A stretch of DNA of 64,000 nt, taken from assembly GCA_903813345.2 (NCBI GenBank), contig CAIIXF020000001.1, forward strand, positions 43,586,001 to 43,650,000. Direction: 5' to 3'. This document shows positions 1 to 12,400 of this stretch, piece after piece. The notes beneath the pieces are model-generated. The model was not told the origin of the DNA. It saw nothing but the letters and a program-made list of their open reading frames with translations, and did no database searches. Source of the DNA: Owenia fusiformis (lineage: Eukaryota). The position numbers were made by a program, and so were the translations under genes. Each line of letters opens with the position of its first letter. Positions within the stretch are counted from its first letter, which is position 1.

Positions 1-2013
1 GTTATGTTTATATGATACATAAATACATTATTGTTCAATTGATTATTTTCATGTATTGTCCCCCATGAATACGTCATCATTCAGTTGATTATATTGGTGT
101 TATATGCATCAATACATCATTGCTCATTTGATTATATTGCTTGAATATGTTTTGTAACACATTTATTTTTATTTGCTCAGTGATGAAATACACAAGAATG
201 TGAGAGAAAAGTAATATTTTAGTTTGTTTCTTACATTATGTATGAATGTAGAAATGTAAAATAACTTACAACACAGTAAAAATGACTAAACATACCAGGT
301 TCACTTGTTTCAGGGATAAACTCGGATTAACTTTTCAACCCTGTACCTGTAATATATACACCACATTTATGCAGATATCCATCAAAGTTAAATACATGTT
401 GGCATTGAAATCTGTGCATTTCCAATCCCTCTGCGCTGTGAACTCGATCTCAATTCTTACAAAATCAAAAATGCAACTAAATATTTTGCAAGTAAGTGGT
501 TTGGGAGGTTTCAGAATATAATTACACCTTAGAAATTCATGCAGTCATTGCTTTGTTATTTGCAAATTGATTCCCTCACTTAGGGAACGAAGTTTTTCGC
601 AAGTTTAACATTTTCTCATTTATTGAAAGATGTGCCTCGTTTAATAAGCTGGAGAATTGATTTGAAAATATCTCAGAAATGACTGGATTGTTTTTAAGTT
701 GTAATCATATTTCAAAACTGGAACATTCAAACTATTTACCTGCCAAATTTTTAGTTGTAATTTGAAAGATAAAAGCACGAAAATCATGAAAAGAAAAAAT
801 TCTTTTTCACTCCTTTTTCATTCGCAGCCATTTTGATACAAGGCAAAACCTCCCTCGTTTCCAGTTCATCCCCAGTGAATAGGGAAATAGGAAATTTTTT
901 GTTTGTTTCAAACAATGAAGTTTGTAAATGTCAACATCAATCCTCACTCCTAGAATTTGGGGGTTTATTGAAGGAAGTGTTGTTCTTTAAGTGGGACAAG
1001 TTAGACATCATATAAAGAAAAAAAGTTTCACATAATATTCATCCAAAGCTTTATTTCGTTACAAAAATACATATTGATGACAGAACTAAAAATATTATTT
1101 GAATCAATGTGAATGCACACATAAGATAAGCTTAAAAAGTCAGAATTTACGGATACAGTAAAGCCAGGATGTCTCTTTGATGAGAAATGGGAACACTTTA
1201 ATTAGTTTTTTAACAGTTTTGCCCATCTGAATATCTCATCTCATCTGATGCATCATAAAATGTGCACTCTTAACAACCATCAACAAATACTCTTTATGAG
1301 TTATTTGGGAGATTCTGTTCCATATTATAAGTGGAACTGTAATACAAGCCTAAAATAAAGCCAGAAAAGAATATATTTAATTTCTCTTTAAGTTAAAATT
1401 GCATTATTCTGAAATAAGAAACACTGACTCGCTTGAAAAAATCATAGTTCTTAAAAAATACATATAAAAAGAAAATTTTCAAAATTAGAATTTTGCATGT
1501 AATTTTTCTGTTTGAAATTACCTTGATTGTACTTCTTATTGCAGATACCAATCTTTCTTGAAAGTCCATACCCTAATACAACAGCATGTGGTAATAGCTT
1601 TCCTACCAACTCTAACAGGAAAGGCAATTATTTCTTTACAATGGATCTACTATGACATACACTCTATTGAAATGTCATTTCAACCTCACCTTTCTTTAGC
1701 AAAAGTCACTTTTAGTTATATTATCACATCATTACAGTTATTTCTGTACTAATCAAACAATTGCACCTGGGGAAATTGCATACTCATCCTTCAAATTGTA
1801 TCGAATATCCATGTTCTAGTGTCATATAAGCTGTAGTGTATCCTTACGATCACCAAGATTTTAACTTCAGCTACATGCTGAGTTGGCAACCAAGAGCAGC
1901 TCGACTATTATGTATCACAACTGTAGTAAGTATTTACACATTCTCAGAACCTGGTCGATTTCCCCAATAAATACCCTCTAAATTCCCTCGCAGTATCCCT
2001 ATTATTGAAGTGG

Positions 2014-5000
2014 TCACGTGATTTCCTTCACTGTTGGGGGTCTACAAATATTGTTCCTCTCAACACATTGTTTCAGCCATTCTATCCCTTCGTGGACACC
2101 ATCACTGCAAACATATGTTGTATTCATTACATACCTAGGGTGACTATGACATGATATGTTGTAGTTACTAGGGTAACTGTATCGTCAAAGTTAACAAAAG
2201 TAAGAACATTGTACAAATATTTGAAGTGGTGAAAAAAGAAAATTTGAGTTTCATTTGGAAGAGGGAGTAAATAACTTAAAATAAGTTTCAAATGTGTGAA
2301 ATGTAGTTCAACGTATAACAAAAGCAAAATTTACTGACCCATTCAAGGCAGATACCCCCAGCACCTTACAGTCTCTTTTGCCAATCTTTTGAGCACTATC
2401 ATGGAATGCCTGCTTCACTTCACTGGTAGACATACAATTCTGAAATATATCATACAACACATTAGAACATGACTGAAAAAGGAAGGGACAGACTGAATTA
2501 AGGGAGGATGGACTGATCAGATGATTAAAGGACGAACAGACTGATTTAAGGAAGGATACACTGAGACTATTGAAAGGGATAACAGACTGATTAAAGGGAG
2601 AATAGACTGATCCAAAGGAGGATGATTGATTCAAATGAGAACAGACTGATTAAAGGGAGAACAGACTGATTAAAGGGAGAACAGACTGATCCAAAGGAGG
2701 ATGATTGATTCAAATGAGAACAGACTGATTAAAGGGAGAACAGACTGATTAAAGGGAGAACAGACTGATCCAAAGGAGGATGATTGATTCAAATGAGAAC
2801 AGACTCATTGAAGGGAGAAAAGACTGATTAAAGGGAGAACAGACTGATTAAAGGGAGAACAGACTGATCCAAAGGAGGATGATTGATTCAAATGAGAACA
2901 GACTGATTGAAGGGAGAAAAGACTGATTAAAGGGAGAACAGACTGATCCAAAGGAGGATGATTGATTCAAATGAGAACAGACTGATTGAAGGGAGGAAAG
3001 AGTGCTTAAAGGGAGAACAGACTGATTAAAGGGAGAACAGACTGATCCAAAGGAGGATGATTGATTCAAATGAGAACAGACTGATTAAAGGGAGAACAGA
3101 CTACTTAAAGGGAGAACAGACTGATTAAAGGGAGAACAGACTGATCCAAAGGAGGATGATTGATTCAAATGAGAACAGACTAATTGAAGGGAGAAAAGAC
3201 TGATTAAAGGGAGAACAGACTGATTAAAGGGAGAACAGACTGATCCAAAGGAGGATGATTGATTCAAATGAGAACAGACTGATTGAAGGGAGAAAAGACT
3301 GATTAAAGGGAGAACAGACTGATTAAAGGGAGAACAGACTGATCCAAAGGAGGATGATTGATTCAAATGAGAACAGACTGATTAAAGGGAGAACAGACTG
3401 ATTAAAGGGAGAACAGACTGATCCAAAGGAGGATGATTGATTCAAATGAGAACAGACTGATTGAAGGGAGAAAAGACTGATTAAAGGGAGAACAGACTGA
3501 TTAAAGGAGAATAGACTGAACCAATGGAGGATGATTGATTCAAATGAGAACAGACTGATTAAAGGGAGAACAGACTGATCCAAAGGAGGATGATTGATTC
3601 AAATGAGAACAGACTGATTGAAGGGAGAACAGACTGATCCAAAGGAGGAGGATTGATTCAAATGAGAACAGACCGATTGAAGGGAGGAAAGACTACTTAA
3701 AGGGAGAACAGACTGATTAAAGGGAGAACAGACTGATCCAAAGGAGGATGACTGATTCAAATGAGAACAGACTGATTGAAGGGAGGAAAGACTGATTAAA
3801 GGGAGAACAGACTGATTAAAGGGAGAACAGACTGATCCAAAGGAGGAGGATTGATTCAAATGAGAACAGAATGATTGAATGGAGGAAAGACTGATTAAAG
3901 GGAGAACAGACTGATTAAAGGGAGAACAGACTGATCCAAAGGAGGATGACTGATTCAAATGAGAACATACTGATTGAAGGGAGGAAAGACTGATTAAATG
4001 GAGAACAGACTGATTAAAGGGAGAACAGACTGATCCAAAGGAGGATGATTGATTCAAATGAGAACAGACTGATTGAAGGGAGGAAAGACTACTTAAAGGG
4101 AGAACAGACTGATTAAAGGGAGAACAGACTGATCCAAAGGAGGATGATTGATTCAAATGAGAACAGACTGATTGAAGGGAGGAAAGACTACTTAAAGGGA
4201 GAACAGACTGATTAAAGGGAGAACAGACTGATCCAAAGGAGGATGATTGATTCAAATGAGAACAGACTGATTGAAGGGAGGAAAGACTACTTAAAGGGAG
4301 AACAGACTGATTAAAGGGAGAACAGACTGATCCAAAGGAGGATGATTGATTCAAATGAGAACAGACTGATTGAAGGGAGGAAAGACTGCTTAAAGGGAGA
4401 ACAGACTGATTAAAGGGAGAACAGACTGATCCAAAGGAGGATGACTGATTCAAATGAGAACAGACTGATTGAAGGGAGGATAGACTGATTAAAGCGAGAA
4501 CAGACTGATTAAAGGGAGAACAGACTGATCCAAAGGAGGATGATTGATTCAAATGAGAACAGACTGATTGAAGGGAGGAAAGGCTGATTAAAGGACAGTC
4601 TGGTTTGAATAAGGATAAGAAACATATTCGAGATTTCATCAGAATTCTGACAAAAGGCAAAATTATTGAAATCATTATTTAATATGAGTGTGAAAATGTA
4701 CCTTTAGATCTTGTTTGTTGGCTAGGACTAGAAGTGGAACACCAAGCAAAACTTCACTTTGTATCATCTTTTCTATAAAATAAATAACAATATATAAATT
4801 ACTCTAATGCGTCTGGAAATTTTGTTATAATCAACATCATTCATTAAAATATAGCTGATTAAACAAAATGGTTTTTGAAACTGTATCCACATGGAACTTG
4901 GGGATGTTCTGTCATTATATGTGCAATACTGTACTCTTACATAACAGTATGACACTGTATGATCCTACATATATTTGTTAACCTGTAGGTATCTTTAGAA

Positions 5001-7078
5001 TTCCTCTATCATCAATATTATAGAATTAAACTGATTTATTTGTGGAAACAAACGCATGTTTATTAACCTTATAAAATTGATGAACATCCAATAATTTATT
5101 TACTGTTGTTTAGAGAAACCTTTATTTAATCACTGGAATTCTCACCAAATGCTTCTTTAGATTCATCTACTCTCTCCCTGTCAGAAGAGTCAATTATGTA
5201 TATGACGCCATGGGACTCAGCATAGTACTGAAACAAACATGAAACAGGACATTAACATACAAAATGTCATCATCTGCCTTTTGTTACAGACACCAACCAC
5301 AGAACACTGACCGCCACCCTCTGAACACCATCCACAAAATGTTGGAGATTACAACAACAACATGTCATCACTTGTAGTGGTGACACAAAAACTGGAGATG
5401 TATATTATTCATCATTTACGGTACACAGTGTTTTAGATTCTGGATGTGTCAAGTAAAGGTACATGGTAAATTTATTCTTAATATTCACGAAAAAAGGATA
5501 ACCATGTCTGGCAAAACAACCCATGTATCTACCAAAAACAACCCATGTATCTACATGTATAATATATACCTGAAACTATTTAAATACACCTTATTGGGTA
5601 AAATGACAGTTGAAACTCTTACCTTGTCCCAAAGAGATTGCAACTCCTCTTGGCCTCCAAGATCCCAGAAATTCAGTCTCACTGGACCTATGTCAATCTT
5701 TCCAACTTAAATACAGAGAAGTCAATTCATTTAAAAACAAATCAGGGGTATCAAAAATTTGGAAAACTATGAAATAAATAATTTTATCCCATACTTGGAC
5801 GTGTTACAGGTACATAAAGCCGGTTTGTAAAAACTTATATTTTCATCAGCGGGCAGATATAGCTTTACGTCCCGCTCTGAGCGGGTAAATATAGTATATC
5901 TGCCCGCTACGTCATAATCGCCGCTGGCATATTTGTTCATAATTTGTAACGTTCGCGTAATGACTGTAAAAGACAATGGAGAAAACACAGACTATCGGGA
6001 TCTGTTTGATGGTTTAAAAAAGGGAAGGAGCATCCACTTAATCAATCAAAAATTAGAGAAAATAAATATGGGAATATTTGTGAGAACAGGAAAATCCGCC
6101 CACGGCCAAGAAAACAAAACTGGACATGAATATTCTAAAATATTTCCACGATTGAACAATGTTAACCAGTTGACCAAGATTGGTATGGGATAAACATATT
6201 ATCCTATAGTCGGTTCAGGATATTGGGATTATCCCTTGGCCAATATAATATATTTTCCCTCGGGACCTGCGGCCCTCGGGCAAATATATTATATTTGCCT
6301 CGGGATAATCCCAATATCCTGAACCTCATATAGGATAATCTATATGTATAACCATCCTTAGTGGCTCCAAAAATGTAGCAAATGAAAAGTCTGTTATATA
6401 TAATTTGTTTGAATCAAACCTCTAGATCAAAATGAAACAGACATTAACATGCAAAATGTCACCACCTGCCATTTGTTACAGACACCAAACACCAACCGTG
6501 GAACACCATCCACAAAAAAGGTTGGAGACTATGACAATATGTCACCGCTTCTAGTGTCGACATAATAAAAATGGTAATTCATGTAATTGGATAACTTACT
6601 ATTTAAACCAACTGTTGTTGTAATTTTAGCAGGATTCATAGCTTTGTAGTTTTTTGTGAACTTTGTCTTAGTTTGTTCCAGATATGTCTAAAAATAGAGA
6701 TTCGCTTTGAGTTGACAACTTTATTCATTATTTACTGAAGTGAAAAACTCCGGGAAGTTTATACAAATATCAATAAAATAACGGAATATATAAAGTAATC
6801 AAAAATGCATGTTTTGAACACATTTTTATATTAATTTTTACAAACTCAATTTTCAAGAATGGAATAATTAAAAACATTGACTTAGTAATACATCCTTTTT
6901 CCGAATTAATAATCGACTGATCATCTAAAAATTAAGCTTTTTACTTTTACTCATACATGTAGTTTAGACATCTAAAATGTCTTACTGTTTTGCCAGCATT
7001 GTCAAGTCCCAATATCAGTACAAAGTATTCATCCTTCTTGAACATGTACTTCCACATCCCTGACAGTAATGTATACAT
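2014..7078 (-). CDS. ARFRP1: ADP-ribosylation factor-related protein 1 (small GTPase), 7 coding exons, 202 aa
   Basis: Exons on the minus strand: 7078-6986, 6687-6600, 5705-5623, 5227-5146, 4772-4702, 2439-2339, 2104-2014. All introns are GT-AG with consistent phases (609 nt). Translation: [202 protein letters not shown]. It has [18 protein letters not shown] and SAL motifs and the characteristic ARFRP1 N-terminus. Confidence 0.97.
2470..4595. repeat. Minisatellite with 19-20 bp monomers and a 99-bp higher-order unit, inside the ARFRP1 intron 2440-4701
   Basis: Monomers gactgattaaagggagaaca (20), gactgatccaaaggaggat (19) and gattgattcaaatgagaaca (20). The 99-bp period appears as a 33-aa repeat in the ORF track. 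Confidence 0.97.
5243..5390 (-). mobile_element. Short dispersed repeat, Helentron/HINE-like family copy (reverse orientation)
   Basis: Reverse-complement similarity to the ends of 39035-39497 (tttt.tgtcaccac...gacatattgtt and ggtggtgacatttt...tgttaatg.cttgtt). A second copy lies at 6434-6570. Confidence 0.6.
6196..6342. mobile_element. Hairpin end of a dispersed palindromic repeat family
   Basis: Arms ggttcaggatattgggattatccc and gggataatcccaatatcctgaacc surround the loop ccctcgggacctgcggccctcggg. Related hairpins occur at 5865-5910, 12490-13135 and 57960-58125. Confidence 0.65.
6434..6570 (-). mobile_element. Helentron/HINE-like short repeat copy (reverse orientation)
   Basis: Direct repeat of 5243-5390 (aaacagacattaacatgcaaaatgtcaccacctgcc...gttggagact). 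Confidence 0.6.
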
Positions 7079-7797
7079 CTGAAATAATGACCAGAAATAC
7101 ATGTTACACATAGATTTTTATCATGATGAACACATAATAGGCTTCGATGTTACAACAAAATATGCTAGAGAGCTGTCCTCTCATTCCTAACTTTGGGGTA
7201 AAGAATCTAGTACTTAGTACTAAGCTTACGCTCTAAATAAAAGTAACAGTTTTGGTGCTGATAAGATATCATGATCCCCCCTAAGTCCTGTACTGTCAGA
7301 AGCACTATCATAGATAAGTCAAGGGACTACATGTACCTTAACTCAAAGAGTACAACAATGTTAAACTTCTAGTATATGAAGCTCTCTTTTTAATATTGAA
7401 AAAGGTACGTAACTCAAACTGTACAGTATATATCACAACTGTCCTTTCAATTTTTGGGAAATTACCAATTATTATGATTGGTCAACTGGAAATTCGCAAG
7501 TCAGGCAGGGGGTTAGCCAGCAATTGTAAAGGGGGTGTGTGTGATTTTTTGGGTTTGCATCACTGCGAGTGAAGTGAGCCCCAAAAGGAGAGGTCCATGG
7601 CCCCTAAAACTGAAGACAATCAAAATTGAGAGTCACAGGGGTTTCTAGAGAGTCAATACAATATTATTGGAATTACGACCAGAGATGATAATCACAAGAA
7701 TCTGCATGACATCCAGCAATGGTCCTGGAATATGTATAAAAGAAATCTACTCAGACTCAATTTTACATCCATGTTCCCAGGGCCTATGACATTCAAA

Positions 7798-7910
7798 CAC
7801 AGGGGCTCGACTGAAGGGTCTGGCAAGCCCTCCAATGCAATAAGTCTGTACTGTGCTAAACTACTTAGACCAGTACAAGGCTCGCCCGACACTCCAGCCA
7901 AGTCCCTGTG
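7798..7910. mobile_element. 113-bp MITE, hAT-like
   Basis: Imperfect TIRs cacaggggctcg / ccaagtccctgtg. 8-bp TSD cattcaaa / catccaaa. TIR family shared with 21056-22080. Confidence 0.7.
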
Positions 7911-8179
7911 CATCCAAACAATCATAAATGTCTTTGGAATCAGGTGTTTGTTAGTGTACATGTACACTTGGTATATACTGTAAGTATTTCAGCTATGCTG
8001 AGTGACAACCAGGAAGTAAAATATTACAATCAATTAAAATACAATAATGGTAATTTATTTTTACAAATTGAAGTAGCTATACAATCCATTATATACTCAC
8101 TTTGTCCCCAGACAAATAATAACGCAAACTACTGATAACAAACGCAGAAAATTGAATAAAATGTGTGAATATATCTACG

Positions 8180-8520
8180 TGTTTTTGGAAACCTCATAAA
8201 ATGCCCGGATGTAAATCCCCCTAGCGGACAAAACTTTTTGGGTCTATAACTTTGTTTTATTTGTCCATCTCGACGAGGATTCCGTCATTACTGACGTGTA
8301 AGTCATGATTTATCAAGATAATGATGCGCTGTACATATTGAACGTTTTCGTTTGTAAAGAAAATGCCTTAGTTGATCAGTTTTACTGTACTTTGTATGAT
8401 TTCCCCTATTATCGCCCGCTGTTATTTATTTTTTTATCAAAACAAAACTGAAACTAACAAACAATTGCGTAGATATTAAAATATATACATTAAGAGGTAT
8501 ACTGTACATACTTCGGTAAG
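8180..8520. promoter_or_regulatory. Candidate bidirectional promoter / first-exon region between divergent ARFRP1 and the ASH1L-like gene
   Basis: Locally CpG-richer stretch with cggatg (ETS-like) and tgacgt (CRE-like) motifs. A plus-strand donor cg|gtaagt lies at about 8515. Both flanking genes start their CDS in exons preceded by acceptors (ag at 7079-7080 on minus, 9411-9412 on plus), so 5' UTR exons are required. Confidence 0.4.
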
Positions 8521-9449
8521 TGAGTAAGCTTATTCAACATAAGGAGGTCTTCAAATTTTCACTGAAGTCATATTGCCAGCAGGCCCGTAGCTAGTTCAAC
8601 AATTCCCAAACCTTTGGCCTCATTTCTTATCTGACATATATTATGGCAATGTACGGCTATCTAACAAAGATCAGAATAATAAAGAAGGTCGTACATTCAG
8701 TTCTACTTGTAGAACTAACCCGTAGGCAGCTTTTGCCAACGGTGTTGGGTTCATTTTCTAAAAATTTCCAGGGGGGTTCAAATTTGATAATTTGGGTCCA
8801 AAATCACTTGAAAGGTGCTCATAATGGTGAAAAAATGCATAATTTTGAAAGAATTTGTGGCAAGGGGGTTTGCTCAAATACTCTGGAGATAATAGACCTT
8901 GTAGGTTACCACTTTTCTTCCAGGTGAGCCACTGTAGATGTCAGCTGCTGGTATACAGGTTCCTTCGCAAATAATCAGTGTCTGAAAGGAAACTGCAATA
9001 GAAATCTTGACTTGGCTCTGGGGAGGGGCAACCTTTTACATGTATCGACATATCATTTATGTCTAGAGGAATCTTGGTATGTTCACATGTATGTATTTAT
9101 GCAAATACACAGTCATGGGGTGCAAGTGTACATGTACATGTACATTGTATCTCCATTGTATCTTTCATACTACATACAGTAGTCTAACAAGTGAACTCTT
9201 AAAAAAGAAGTACTTGTCATGATTGAAAACCATTAATTTTGCCACAGAAACTCACCAGCTCTCACCTGCCCACTAATTCATATTTTTTAAATGCAAACAT
9301 TTTCTGAAATCTGATGACATGGTCAAAGTTACACTCAAAATTGGGGAGGTGGGAGGATACAAATTTTCCTTTGCTTTTTCTGTACTATCAGTTTGCATGA
9401 TTTATTTTTCAGACCAAATAGTAGTAAGAATAAAGTACCTATTTGTAAA

Positions 9450-12400
9450 ATGAGCCCACAATCTGTCACCAGGATGGACACCTGTGGTCCAAGGGGCATC
9501 ATCCATGCAGAACTGAGTGATAGTAAAACAACCATTAGTGAAGAAATAGACTGTTCAAAGCGACTTCATCCAAAACAAGTTGAATCACTCCGAGAATTAA
9601 ACCTTGAAGAGATTGAATTATCAGTATTACAGTGGATAGCTGATACATCACAGTTATCTGAAATGGCTGATAACACAAAGCTATCAATAGTTGATAACAT
9701 AAAACCATCGAAAATAGCTGATACCTTGAAACTATCAAATACAGAAGATATTGTGCAACCATCAACATCACCTGATGCAACACAACATTCACAAATAGCT
9801 GACACAGAACAATCCCCAAATATAGTGGATATTATGCAACCATGCATTAGTTCGCTCAATGGAGAAGAATGTGTACAAGATCATAGCACATTTGAATTGA
9901 ATTTAAAAACTGATCAAGTCCAATGCAAAAGCAACTTCTCAAACCACAGTACTAAGTGCCCTACAATATCGACATTGCTTCAAACATCGGTACCTATTCA
10001 TGCTTTTTCTAGTCAACAATCTGATACCATTACCAATGGAACAATTACATCGAATACTGAAATACCTCAATTTTGTCTACCTCAGATCAAAAACAATGGC
10101 AATATGGATTGTGATGTTGATGTGCAAAAGGATGAACAGGCTTCAAACGATGATTCTTGTACAACAATTACTAAGCAAATTCAGGTTTATTCCAAGGAAC
10201 TATTACTCACACATATCCGTAGAAAAAACTGTAAAAAATTCTCAATCCAGTTATATGATATTTGTAAACATTCAAAAGATAAACCAACCATACGTCAACA
10301 GAGAGCCGAAAGATCAAAGCATAAGACACAAATAGACTCCAAGTGTAAAATGCTTGTACGAACCCATTATGACTATAAGGAAATAACAGAAAGTAAGCAA
10401 ACCTTATTATTAGTTAATTTCACATTCAAGTTATGAGTCGAAATGGTCTGGAGCTTTAATCATGAGTTTCAAAATTCTGACTGAATATTACCAAGTGTTG
10501 ACATATTGTTATCATGTAGTCTCCAACTTTTTTGTGGACGGCGGTGGATGTTTGGCATTTGGCGTTCGGTGTCTTTAACAAATAGCAGGTGGTGACATTT
10601 TGCGCATTAATGCCTTGTATGTTGAATGTTTCATCATTCATATATAGAACACTGATTTCCTTCATTTTCTGTATTTCAGATGTATATGTTGATGTTAAGC
10701 CTGCACCTTGTGATGTTTACCCTCCATGTAACTGTCAATACCCTGCTGCTGTCCAATTACAAAAGGCTTGTAATGACGAGTGTTTGAATCGTATGATGTA
10801 TGCGGAATGTTCCCCAGAGACGTGTCCATGCGCTAACAGCTGTGGAAACCAGAGTATACAGAGACATAAATGGGTTAAGGGTTTAGAGAAATACAACACA
10901 GAAAATAGAGGATATGGTGTGCGCACAACTGTCAAAATAAATGCTGGTAATGAACTTGACAGTCCTTTTGATGTTGAAATTGGGGAAAAATCAATTGTTT
11001 AAATCATGTGTCATAATTAAAAATATAATATTATTGTTTGTTTGGCTAGGTTTAGTTTAAAACATGATTAGTTGGGGAGACGCTCAAAAGTTAAATGTTA
11101 CTCTTTTGTTCCCTTTTTTTAAATTCGATCTTATTATACCTTTTTGACTTCCATTCCTAAAATTGCTATTTTTGTATATTTTAGACCAGTTCATACTGGA
11201 ATATGTGGGGGAAGTGGTCAGTGGAAAAGAATTCCGTAGACGTATGATAGAAAAGTATTCCCAGGACAACCATCACTACTGTTTGAACCTAGGTAGTGGC
11301 ATTGTGATTGATGGCTATCGTCGAGGTAACATAGGACGCTTTGTTAATCACTCTTGTGACCCAAACTGTGAAATGCAAAAATGGTAAGCTTTTTTCTTCA
11401 TCTTTGCCATGCCCAGAACCCTTCCCTTCAAATGAGAGACATATTAACTAGCGCTCTTGCCCACTCATAAGTCATAACCTCTCCTTTTTGTTTTGTTTAT
11501 CAAGTACTGTAGTTATAATTATCAAACCCAAAGTAGCGATGTAGAGTAGCCATGGTTGTTATTTATCAGAAGGAATATTTTTCTGAAAATGTTGTAAGCT
11601 GATACCTTCTGGTCATTCTACTCAAGAAAAAATTGATGACATGGCATTACTCAAGTTGTGGATGTAGATATTGCCAAAAGAAGACAATACAACTGCCTTG
11701 TTATTTTTATCATGAAATTTGGAAAATGACGAGTGAGTTTTTCAATGATATTTTGCTACATTGGGGAGTTTTTCTAGTCCGTAATATGTTTTTAAACAAC
11801 TGTCCAATTTAGGGATAAATAAATGAAATATTCATAACACATGAACATTGCTCATTGCTGATTGGTTATTGTCAAAATGTACCCAGTACTATTTTTTCAA
11901 GATTGTATGTTATTGCAGGAATGTGAATGGTGTATACAGGATTGGACTGTTTGCATTGAAAGATATAGAGCCTGGGACTGAATTGACCTATGACTACAAC
12001 TTTGATGCTTTCAACCTGGATAGCCAGGTATATCATATTTGTAGCCAGTGATGCATGTGATGTTTTTAGATTAAATATTCAGCTAGGAGAGCAGGCAAAG
12101 TATCAATATCAGACCAGAAACCCTATGAACGTTTGTTTGTTGGGGTTTCAGTATGGAAGTTTTCCAGCAAACAAAACGCTGTGTAAAATAAACAGCAAAC
12201 CTCTTCTGTCATGTCTGTTCACTGTGTAGATTGATGTTTTATGAAATTCTTATGATGTACCTTAGAGTTCTAGAGCAATAAGATGGTAAGATATATCCCG
12301 TATCCTGATTTTGACGTTTCCATATCCAGAACCTCCATATCTTCCATCATATCTCCAACTCTAGGGCATATCTTCCCTCTTTGAAAAGAAATTGAAAAAA

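Noticed and set aside
2470..4595. CRISPR-like array
   Set aside because: No unique spacers, no cas genes, and a eukaryotic intron context.
3599..4675. 358-aa repetitive ORF (and sister ORFs 2848-3583) on the minus strand
   Set aside because: It arises from the stop-free 99-bp minisatellite inside an ARFRP1 intron. The frame breaks wherever units of other lengths occur, so there is no frame conservation.
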